Below, one piece after another: positions 53,401 to 63,982 of a stretch of 63,982 nt of DNA (within the stretch, counting starts at the first letter, position 1; the number at the start of each line of letters is the position of its first letter). The position numbers were made by a program, and so were the translations under genes. A model generated the notes under the pieces. The model ran no database searches. It was not told the origin of the DNA and was given only the letters and a program-made list of their open reading frames with translations. Origin of the DNA: Zygnema circumcarinatum SAG 698-1b (Eukaryota > Plantae > Zygnematophyceae); assembly GCA_037447605.1 (NCBI GenBank), contig CM074812.1, positions 1,240,001-1,303,982 of the forward strand, written 5' to 3'.

Positions 53401-53432
<32 letters not shown>

Positions 53433-53905
53433 ACCCACAACCCCAAACCTAAACACTAAAAAGCAGTCGAGATTTCATTTGCGAGTGATAAAGTTGTGGA
53501 ATTAACCCTCACCTTAAGATGACCATTTTGGCCTGCAACAAGCTGCCGGCGGCGTATCCGCGAGCCGTGAGCTGTGGGCCCACCCCCCCGCCCTTGTTGT
53601 GGCGCAGAGCCTCCAGTGTGCCCGCATTGCGAATGGCCAATCGGCTCACGCGGTACTCGAAGGCGTAGTCTCTGCGCATGACTCGTCTCTCGCTGACGCC
53701 ATCGCCGATGATGTCGAACACATAGCTCATGGGACTCATGTTGGCATCGCAGGGAGGGGTCCCTGAAATTCCCTCAAAGTAGCTCTGCAGGGGAAAGAGG
53801 AGGAAGGAAATTTCTCTGCTCAGTTCGAGCAAGCTCAAGTTTCACGAAGGCTTGAGCATTCCTTTCCAGATCTCTCTCTCTCTCGCTCTCTCTCTCTCTC
53901 GCGCG

Positions 53906-53936
<31 letters not shown>

Positions 53937-54130
53937 CCCCTCCCTCCCTCTCGCCCTCTTTCCCTCCCTCCCTTTCTCCCTCTCTCCCTCTCGCCCTCTT
54001 TCCCTCCCTCCCTCCCTCTCTCCCTCTCTCCCTCTCTCCCTCTCGTCCTCTCTCCCTCTCTCCCTCTCTCCCTCTCCTCTCTCTCTCTTCCCCTCTTTCT
54101 CTCTCTCTCTGTCTCTCTCTCTGTCTCTCT

Positions 54131-54181
<51 letters not shown>

Positions 54182-57100
54182 AGTGTGGACCCCCCTGCCA
54201 CAAACCTTGATAGCCGCACATTTCTCGCCGATGGGTCCAAAGTAAACGCATTCTCCGCCTGCTTTAAGAATGAGAGCGGAGTCAAAGTGGGCGACTAAGC
54301 GCAGGCTGGGCAGGTGCAGACTGGCAGCAATGGTCACTCCGCCTCCAGCGATGTTCTGCAATGCATGATGGCAGAACTATGTCAAATTGAGAGCAAGAAG
54401 CCAACTTTCTTGCTCAATTTTGACCAAAACACAACTTGCAAGAAGCTTTTTGAGCAGAATCTCGCATTTGGGCTATCAGTACACAATTGGGTCTTTCCTA
54501 CCTTCAAGCATTTGACAACATGGAGAGCTGCCTGACTGTCTATACCAGCTGTCGGCTGCTCCAATAGGAGGACACTGGGATTTGCTGCCATCTCTATGGC
54601 AATCATCACTCGCTTCGCATCTCCCTGACCGAGAGTGCTCTTCAGGGAAACCACGAGCCGCTTTTCCATGTGCGACAGTTCCGTAACTTCGAGTATCTGC
54701 AGAACAGCAGCATACGAACGCTTAGTCAGAGGCCTGAAAATTCGAAAATTTTCAATTAGTTGTGATTAAAAAAAGGAAAGAAAGGGGAAGGGGAGGGGGA
54801 TAAGGGTCTCACATAGTCAACGAAGGCTCGCCGATCTTCGGCGGTCACTGTTGATCCGATCCGCATTGCGGCGCTAAATTCAAGAGCTTCTCTCACAGTT
54901 GTGAAGGGCCAATATGCATCTTGGCGGTCCACAAACCCTACAATTCGAGCAAATGTGGCCCTCTTCCTCGGATATCCGTTCACTAAAACTTGCCCAGAAA
55001 CCTCTTCCGGATTCACATACCGCTCTGCAAGCAAAGTACAATTGTAAATGCGTCAATCTCTATGTAAGTTTTTGACTCTCAGATAAGGGGTAGGCTTCCT
55101 TAAAGTCTTGAGTGTGAGCAATTCAACTTAGTGTGATATTCCTTTTGGCAAATTGTTGGAGTGAGAGAGAAGTGAGAGAGAGAGAGAGGCATCTTCCCTC
55201 ACCTGCTAGAATGTCTAACAGAGTCGATTTTTCTGCGGTGGAAATTCCAAGAAGGGCGAGCATCTCTCCAGGACGAACCCAACCGCTGACATCATGGATT
55301 ACACTTTTCTTTTGTTGGATTTGCGGAATAAAAATACTATAGCTGAGGTCATACCAGCTCAGCGTAACTGGCACAAGGGGAATACTGCTGCGGAATCCCG
55401 CCGCTTTCTCTGCCGCATATTCCTCATCTTCTGCCCTAAAAATTGCTGACTCATCGCGATCAGCAAGCTGCGAAAAACCGGCTCAGCACATATTAGAAAG
55501 ATGCAGGTGAACATAGAAAATTTATTCAAGCATGCTTTTTTGGTTTAGGGCATTGCTGGGTGCATCCTAATGGGTGGCAGTGCATTTCTCACTTCTTTCG
55601 CAGGCAAAGCTCCCTCTTCTGTGGGAGGAATATGTCGAATTTTTGCAATGCAGAGGTAGGCCAAAAAATTCCACAAAACAATCCATCCAATGATCACCCC
55701 CGCTCCAACTCCTATCCAACCTCGGTCGACCAAAAACTGTCCCGAAGCGAGGTAGGCTCGGCCGAGGGTCTGCTCAATGCGACCTCTGCACTGCAGTCCA
55801 TGGCCGCTCTCCCTCCCTCCCTTCTCTCACATCAGAAGCAAACTCCAATTTCTCACAAGTTCCCCAAAAGGATATCGCAAACAAGCACTGGAAATTCAGT
55901 TTTGAGTCTCAAAAACTTAAGAAACTTCACTTATCCTTTAAACTTTAGGGAAACGTAAAAAAAACTTAAAAAAAAAAACTTTAAACTTCAACTTAAAAAA
56001 AACTTGAAAATAACTTGAAAACAAAAAAAAAAAAACTTAAACTTTAGGGAACTTTAGGGAACTTTAGGCTTCTTGGGTTCTCATTCATCACTTGACAGGT
56101 GAGGGGGGAGGGAGGGAGGGGAGAGAGAAGGAGTGAGAGAGAGAGTGGGAGAGAGAGAGAGAGAGAGGGGTATGGTTGACCTGCGGAAAGAGCGCCAAAT
56201 TGGCTTCTGCACAAGAGCGAGTCCAAGTTTTGGAAGAAAACTCGTTGATGAGAATGTCAGTGATGGCCCATTGTAAAGGGTTTATGTAGTAGAACCAAAT
56301 CCAGTACTTGGGGATCTTGAACCGCGAAACGACAAAACCCGCGAAAAGGACGAAAAGAGCGATGAACACTCCTGCAAACCCGGAAATTCTGCATTTGTTT
56401 TAGTTGAAAAAAAAAGGTAGGGTTCGTGGATTGGATTTTAGGGTTGCTGCTCATGGCAAAGCTGCTGCAGAACTGCAGAAAAAAATAAAAAAATTTACCA
56501 GAAATGGCGTTGGCTACGCCAATATCGGGAGCGAAAAAAGCCACAAATCGCACCATGGCGGCTCCCTGGACATTAGAAAGAGGGCTCAGCTCTGAAATTA
56601 TTTCGAAAGTGAGAGAATGAAAAGCCCATTTTCCTACCTTTTTTATTTTTTGTTTCATCCTCTTCTTCTGCCCATCCCTCCATTCCTCTCTCACCTTTGA
56701 GAATTCTTCATTCTCTGTTTCATTCCTAAGGGATTTCTCCTTTCTTGACAGGAAATGACAGAGGGAAGGTGGCGATTCTCACATGCAGTTGAACCAAAAG
56801 CACGAGCACATAGAACACCCAGAAGTGTAATCCGCCGCTGTCTGTGCTCAAACCGGAGAGGAAGTAAACTAAGGTGCTCCAAATGGTGGCCTGCACAACA
56901 CACCCAATTTTCATGAAACTTCGTCAAACTAAAAGTTGACCTTCAGGACTTCTTTCTTTCAAACCTTAAAGTATAACTCACTTCAGAGTTTTAAAATTTA
57001 AGCTTTCGAGTCGGCTTGGAGTTCAATTTGGCCCCACATTCTACAAAAATCCCAAAATTGAAGGCTTCTTTCGTTAAAGCGGGGGCCAATGGCCGGCAAC

Positions 57101-60100
57101 CATTGGCAATGGTTGGTACGGACCTCTGCGAGCGAATACAAGGCTCCACCGGCAAAAAGGCCGAACCAATAGGAAAATGGACGGAAAAATCTTCCAGCTT
57201 CCTGCTTGTAGAAGACATTTCTCTCTTCAAAAAGGGCCGGATATTGACCCAAATTGACCAGCGTGTTGACCATAAGCGAGTAGAACCCCACTCCGCGACG
57301 CAAGTTAGCATCAAGCTGGTTGACGTCATCACTCATTTGGAAAAAAAGGCTGCCTGCATACAGGCTCAGCAGAACAATCTGTGCCCCAATTGACAAAAAA
57401 AGAAGAAACAAAAAAAAAAAAAATCCTTAATTCACCGGTTACACATGCTCTACACCCCTCAGAGAGTCGTTCAGACGAAGTGAAAAGACGAGATTTTCAG
57501 ACTTTTTGCTTCTTTTGGTGATCCGAATTCAAAGATTTTTTTAGTAATTCTTTCCTTTCTGAGCCTTTGGGTACTTTCAAAAGTTGTGCAGAATGCAGAG
57601 GAGAGCCTTTGAGAGGACAAACCTGGAAGGTGCGCGCGTAGAGACTGAACTTATTCCGCCATTGAAGCGCCACGTGTCGACACGTGAGTCGCCACATTTC
57701 ATACCATACACTTCGGAGGTACTCGTTCTCATATTGCGCCGCAGCAATAGTTTCCGGCTGCCACCACCTCTCAAATTTCCACCAATTAGACCATTGTTCA
57801 CAATGCATCCCTCCTGCATTTGGAAAATAAACCCCAAGTCCCCTAGTGGGGGAGAGAGAGAAAGAGAGAGAGAGAGCGAGAGAAAGAAAGAGGGAGAGAG
57901 ATAAAAGGGAGAGAGAGAAAGAGAGGGAGAGAGAGAAAGAGAGAGAGAGGGAAAGAGAGAGAGAGAGAAGTAGGAAGAGAGTGTTTTTTTTAGGTGCAAG
58001 TTGTGAGTGAACTACCTCTTTGTATGGCCGAGTTGTTAGTAGCGTTATGGGCCCCTTTGCTTCATCCAGAAGCTTCTGCACCTTCTCCGCCGGCTCTCCC
58101 ACGACATCCTCCACGAGGGAATCCATGGCTGCCACCCCTGTAATGGCATCCCCTTCCTCAATTGGGGCTGTCTTAGTGAGAGAAACTTCACGGAGAGTGC
58201 TCGCAGGGCCGAGAGATGCAACGGATGGTCCAGGCCCCACTTCAATATCGAAGGGGGGCATTACCTGCAGGTGTCCATTTGTCCAAGAAAAAAAAAAAAA
58301 ACCCAATAAGCTTCCATGATATAAACTTTTGCTAGATAGCGCTTCTTAGACAGAAGAAGTCCTTTTCCTTCAAAATTTCTTGAACTTCAAAAATGCTGTT
58401 GACAGCAGTGCAGAAGCTTCCAAAGGCAATTCTTTAGAAATCTGCCCCAAACGAACTGAAAAGTTGACGCACCCTCGCCGACACCTCCCTCGTAATTTGC
58501 GGCGAATTCACAATGCGTAAAATCTGTGCATGGAGCGGCGACTTTTCGAAGGCCTCCGCGAAGCCGTCCGCGTCGAGATGCGCGCACCCCTCTTTGAGGT
58601 ACGCGCACCCCTCTTGTGTCGTCACCTCCTGCAGGAACTCCGCCGTCTCCACGTTGGCGGGCTTCACGTACCTGTTCTCGCACACACATATATTGAATTA
58701 AAGTACAACTTTTTAAGTCTCTGAAGGAGAGAGGGTGATAGAGAGAGAGGGGACGGGGAGAGGGAGAGAGGGTGAGAGAGGCGGGGGAAGAGAGAGAGAG
58801 AGACGAGGGGGAAGACGGTTAGAGAGTGAGAGAGGGAGGGGGAAGAGAGAGAGGGGAAGAGGGTGAGAGAGTGAGAGAGGGATGGGGAAGAGAGAGAGAG
58901 AGGAGGGGGAGGAGGGTGAGAGAGTGAGGGAGTGAGAGAGGGAGGGGGACGAGAGAGAGAGGGGAGGGGAAGAAGGAGAGAGAGTGAGAGTGGAGGGGGG
59001 AGAGAGAGAGAGACGAGGTGGAACTGGGTGAGAGAGTGAGAAAGGGAGGGGGAAGAGGAAGAGCGAGGAGGGGGAAGATGGGGGGAGAGTGAGAGAGGGA
59101 GGGTTCGGGGTATTCGCTTTCCGCAGTCTTAACCGGTCGGAAAGGGAGAAAGAAGGGGGTCTTGACTCACCCGAGGCTTTCAAAGTATGGGAGAGCATCG
59201 GATATGGGCCCTTGAAAAGCAACTCGCCCGCGGGAGAGGAGGATGAGCCTGTCGAAAAGTTGAAATACTTCGGGATTGGGCTGCTGGAGGGAGATCAGGC
59301 AGGCAGTTCCTCGAACCCGCGAAAATATGAGAGTAGCAAGAACCATCTCATACGTCACTTTCGGATCGATTCCGCCTGCACTACACCAATTACCGGTATG
59401 CTTTTTCACTGTTTTTTCATTCTGCATTCATCCAATTCTTGACTGCAGCATTGTATATTGTTAAAAAAGACCATAAAGCCCCCCTTTTAGAAGCCGATCT
59501 TACCTGCATTCAGCTCATCAAAGAAGTAAGCTGGATATGTCCCTGATAGAATCTCTGCCACGCTTAATCTGTGCCGTTCATCCGCTGTAGTTGTCGGAAT
59601 CGTAGGGCTTCCTGCAGGACGGTTAAGTATCCTTTTAAGACCTGTCATGCTGGTGGTAAGCTCAAGCTTGGGATCTAAACCCATTTGCAGAGCCTCCCGC
59701 ATAATATCCTGCATTCATCCATTCAAAAAATCGCCAACTAACATGTCAATAACCACATTGCAGTCATAAAACCCATCTGATTTTCTTTAAGTAAAAAATT
59801 GCAGATTACTTTAGTGACTTACTTTAAGCTCAGGGCCGTAATTCTTCCATGTCCAGAACTGAGTAAAGTCTCTTGCGAACTCCATGGTCTCCTTCACAGA
59901 GAGGAGAGGGAGATGGAAGTCGCTAGAGTCCACCACTCCCACGAGTCTCTGCACCTTCACCTCCGCTGCTGTTCTCCCATTGTAAGTCACTCTCCCACTA
60001 AACTCAATTCCCTTTCCGAGATTGGCTCGCCCTGCAAGCACTTTATGGAGAGTGCTTTTTCCGCAGCCCGGGGGACCTGCACTCCATCATGAAAAAACTG

Positions 60101-62110
60101 CACAGTGAATATTGGGTTGTTGAGGCTTTAATGGTTTGTAGAGTTGTCATATTTTTAGAGAAGATGCAGTAGAAAAGCAGAGAAGATTTTTTTTTTTTTT
60201 TTTTTTTATTCCGGTGGTCTATTTCGCTCTCACCAAGGACAAGAGTGAAGCTGCCGGGCATGATGTGGCCCGTCACTCCACGTAGCACCGCCACGTCAGC
60301 AATTTGCGGCTTCTTCTTGAGGGGGCCCGACACAATGCCCTTTGCCTGCGCCCCAAGAAACAAACTAAGCAAACAAATAATGAACGAAAAATAACAAAAT
60401 TACTAAATTGATTGAATGAATGAATGAGTGTTTCGCAGCAGCATACCTTCGTTCCCAAAGTTTCAAAGCCTTCCGGAACAGTGCGCTTCAGCTTGTACGA
60501 AATGTCTTTGAAACAAATCACCTGCCAGAAAACCACTGCCATCAATTGGAGTGCTTTGAAGCTCACTCAAGTCAGGTCAAGTCAAGTCAAGTCAAGACAT
60601 TTCCAGTCTACTAAACTCAGCTAGCTCAACTCGATTCGACTCGACCTTTAACTCACATTAGCTCACTCTTTCCACAAACAAAACTTTTCTGAAGAGAAAC
60701 TCGATCGACTGATTCGAATTGGGTTTTTTCTTTTTGCCTGCGTAGCCTCACCTGATTCTTGGAATTGGGCAAGTAGGGGTTGATGCGAAGCAGAAACTGA
60801 AGCAGCCCATCTTTCAGGAGCAGCTCTATTCCATGGAGCTCCTTCTCCGGGCCCACTCTCCTCCCATCACTTTGCATAACTGCTGCCAAGGAAGCTGCAA
60901 TACTTTTCGCCTTCTCCTCCTCTCCAGCAGCCACTAAAGATTGGTGATATTCCATAATGAGGTGGATAAGCCAAGCTTGAGGGGCCTGCAGGAGAGCCTC
61001 AAAGTAGTCTCTCTCATCTGCTGTAGAAGCTTCTGGAAGCTTCCCTGCAAGCAGCAAAGGAAGGTCCCTTGGCATTGAACCTTTCTCGGCTTCAAGATGG
61101 GCTGAAGATTTCGCAGTTTCTGAAGGAGAGGCGAGGAGGGGAGCGGTCTCGGAGAGAGAGGGAGCGGGAGAGCCATGGCTGCCGCTGAGACTGCTGCTTC
61201 GGCGAAGGCTAAGGGCCCTGTAAAGGGAGGAGGAGGGCAGAAACCGTATTGATTAACATTAAACGAAAGTAATGCTTACATTTTATCAATATTGGCGTTA
61301 ATGTTGACAAATGTATTGTTATTGGTGGTAGCATTAGTGTCATAATACTAGCGTTAGTGATAGTAGAACCAAAAGTAGTTCCATTATTATCATAAGTGTT
61401 GTAGGCCCTAATAAAGTGTTTAGATATGTTCCAATGCGAGACCATGCTGCATTGTGCGCACACCCCACCTCTCTCGCCACGCGGGCAGACCGCCCTCCAA
61501 GAAGGAGGCGACGGCATCGCCTGCACAGCCACCGCGGGATGGTCAGTGGGACGCGGGGGAGGAGGGAGAGAGAGGGGGCAGAGGGAGAGAGAAGGGGCAG
61601 AGGGAGAGGGAGGGGGCAGAGGGAGAGGGAGGGGGCAGAGGGAGAGGGAGGGGGCAGAGGGAGAGGGAGGGGGCAGAGGGAGAGGGAGGGGGCAGAGGGA
61701 GGAGGAAGCAAAGGCAGAGAGGGGCCAGAAATGGGTGGTGAGTGGGTGAGGGGGGGTGGAATGGCGGAAAAGGATAGATAGTATACGAGAGGGGAGGAAC
61801 TGAAGGGAGGAACTGAAGGGAGTGAACTTGGGAGTTACAATGGAAGCGAGAGGGATAAAATAACAAGGAACTAAGAATATCAATGTGTGTGCTTGTGAGA
61901 GAGAGAGGAGAGAGAGCGAGAGGGAGAGGGAGGGAGAGTGAGAAAGACAGAGAGTGAGAGAGAAAGGGAGAGCGAGAGCAAGAGAAAGAGCGAGAGAGAT
62001 AGAGGGAGAGAGAGAGAGAGATAGAGGGAGAGAGAGGGGGAGAGAGTGAAAGAGGAGGGCAAACCTTCGTCCTTCGCCATGGCGCCCCCTCCGCCCTCTC
62101 CTCCCGCCAT
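51757..62110 (-). CDS. Full-size ABCG/PDR-type transporter (NBD-TMD-NBD-TMD, about 1590 aa, 26 exons) with degenerate ATPase motifs
   Basis: Exons (minus): 62110-62065, 61520-61469, 61217-60752, 60521-60447, 60345-60234, 60076-59823, 59708-59504, 59375-59171, 58671-58485, 58264-58016, 57757-57623 (acceptor uncertain), 57378-57124, 56890-56783, 56565-56499, 56371-56181, 55790-55593, 55467-55203, 55024-54813, 54696-54502, 54355-54206, 53784-53513, 53365-53077, 52971-52798, 52562-52386, 52217-52138, 51910-51757. PDR hallmarks: LRGVTGHIMPGSFTLVLGPPGCGKST, ERNVFYKQ, IPKYWIWFYYINPLQWA..NEF, LSWYDLSYSI, DVSGWVRPG, YFGPIG, YWRN, LAEIPY, WINPLQY. Confidence 0.9.
51915..52111. repeat. Tandem duplication of about 97 bp in the last ABCG intron
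   Basis: 51915-52013 and 52014-52111 are near-identical. Only one copy is followed (minus strand) by the CAG acceptor. Confidence 0.9.
53860..54180. repeat. CT/GA-rich simple-sequence tract in an ABCG intron (others at about 57850-57980, 58730-59100, 61900-62050, 19880-20090)
   Basis: Directly visible polypurine/polypyrimidine runs; they generate the spurious RE/SL ORFs. Confidence 0.95.
61565..61705 (+). repeat. About 7 copies of a 19-bp G-rich unit (GGGGCAGAGGGAGAGGGAG) in ABCG intron 1
   Basis: Directly visible tandem array. Confidence 0.9.
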
Positions 62111-63982
62111 GGCTGCCCGCCGCGTCCTCGTATCGTCCTCACTGTCAGTACATCAATTGTACGAACAATCCGTTTGTACGGAGGGCGCATGTGCGACAAT
62201 AACGGATGTGCTGCCGCGTGGCACGTAGACAATGGCAGACCAGATCCGGGCAGGACTCACAGGAATAGAAACCTGCCCGGGGACGATTCAAGCAACAAGA
62301 TTGGCTGAAAAAAGGTCACGCTGACGCCGACACTCGTTCCGGGCAGACCGAAATTGATTCGAGGACGAAACTTCGACGAAGCCCACCTTGAGGGGACGTG
62401 CGTTTTCCTCTGATTTGCGACATTTGGATGACGTCGTATGATGTCCTATGCCGTCATATGTACGGAACTTGAGTGGACCAGAGGTTCTCAGCATTAAGGT
62501 GAAATCGGCCAGCAACCAATGGAGACTCGCCACGTGGGCAGTTGTGTACACGTAGGACAAGTACGGTTCTAGAAGGGAGTTGGGGACCATGGAATTCATG
62601 CCTAAAGACAACCAAAAGGAAATGAGGAGAACTTGGAAATTGACATTGGAAAGGGACCCAAAAGGGAAGTGGCTTGATTTAGGAATATGGAAGTGATCAT
62701 GTGTATCAACCGTTGGAATGGTTGCCAACTATTGATTCGTGACCCAGCCAACCATTGCCCATGGTTGCCAACCATTGGACGACCAACCATTGCCATCCAA
62801 TGGCTGTCCAATGGTTGGCGACTCCAGTGGTCCGACCACTGTTACTTTTTACAGATTGGTAAATTTAATTAAAGCCATTAGGGGGAGTCAGACCTTGACC
62901 ATCGCCAAATCAATTTCGTAAGCCTGTCGGGCGAATTAAGCATTGGCTAGGTACGCATTTCTGTACGGCTGTGTACGGCGGAGCCGCGGATCCCGACCCG
63001 GAATTCGTACACGAAAGAAGGGGCGTTATTCTTCATTTCGCAGACGTTTGGCCGAAATTTTTGGCCCGGCGCAGACTATTATAGCTGTACGGAAAGCGTT
63101 AAGGAACTGCCTGGTTGCGATAACCATAGTTATGCTTGATTTCGCAGCTCGCGAAGAACCGTCGATGAAATGGGCGGACACGATGCCGCCAGGAAGGTAT
63201 TCGCATGGAGTGAATTCGCCGTTGCGTGACAAGCAACGCAACGGCTAAGTCGCCGCTTGGAGAGGGAGTGGTCCTGGTGGTTTCGAAGGCAGCTTAGCCG
63301 CCGCGTTCGCGTAGTACGCAATCCCTTGCGCGTTCAGTTCGCGCATGTGAAGGCGCGGCCCGACCCTTGGGCAAAAAAAGGAACTCACAGTATCACACAA
63401 GACACAAGCCACAATTTGAAACCAAGAGACAATTGTAAACTTGTACGAAATTGTAAAATGTGTAGAGACCAGTACATCGAGAGAACCGGACACACAACAA
63501 CTCGATGGTATGCGTTTACAAAATTCGAAACCTTGTATATATGAAATGGCTTTGTGTACAAATTTGATTGTTAAAAGTGTGAGTAGTTGCTAGTGGCTGG
63601 TATGAATGAAACCGGCGTTGTTTCCCTTGTTTGGTAGATCCTTCTGTCCAGTTTACAAACTTGTGTGCCTATAAAGGTTTGTAGGATTAGAGCCCGCCGA
63701 ATGGCATTGGTACGTTTACACAGCATTGCCTTTGTGCGCGTGGGAATGAGGGAGGGATGGAGGGAGTGTGCGATTGAGTTGAGTTGCGCGTTTTGTGTTT
63801 GTAAGTGTTTTCGAGTTTTTTTCTGTGTGGTTATAGTGCTGTTCCCAATGGAACTCGCACTCCAAAAGCCTAGCAAGATTATCTTATCGACAAATGTTTT
63901 GGCCTAGTTTATAAATTATCGGTCAAAAAGCTCTCAATGTTGAAAGTGTTGCAGGCTGGTGGCGCCTTCACGGTCTCTTGGT

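Noticed and set aside
53774-54361. ORFs with long RE/SL repeats (also 57497-58306, 58713-59222, 61209-62232)
   Set aside because: Intronic GA/CT tracts inside the ABCG gene read through from true exons.
62288-63982. Several 60-146 aa ORFs at the right end
   Set aside because: No motifs, no consistent splice sites and no transposase signatures; interpreted as intergenic or promoter DNA.

Overview
Intron-rich eukaryotic genomic DNA from the green-plant lineage. Land-plant-like proteins, Arabidopsis-type telomere motifs, a U12-type intron and long CT/GA tracts suggest a streptophyte alga or early-diverging plant; the species cannot be identified from sequence alone. I reconstructed 11 protein-coding genes by hand from splice sites and reading frame. 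Left to right: the 5' end of a class I trehalose-6-phosphate synthase (TPS1-like, minus, runs off the left edge); two trehalose-6-phosphate phosphatase (TPP) genes forming an inverted, tail-to-tail duplication; a kinase-less single-pass Pro/Ser-rich membrane protein; a HAD-family protein (At2g45990-like); TFIIA large subunit; an OB-fold/Zn-ribbon protein (At3g17030/SHLD2-like); a tail-anchored coiled-coil protein (PMD-like); the meiotic helicase MER3; mitoribosomal mL59; and a full-size PDR-type ABCG transporter. Three observations stand out. (1) TPS1 and two TPPs form a physically linked trehalose-biosynthesis cluster, with TPS1 and TPP-1 head-to-head on a G-box-bearing promoter. (2) The ABCG protein has an intact reading frame, but both composite ATPase sites have lost catalytic residues. 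(3) The OB-fold gene contains a minor-spliceosome (U12) intron with a non-canonical GC 5' end. Family assignments rest on remembered protein motifs, not database searches. No rRNA, tRNA, CRISPR array or intact transposon was found.
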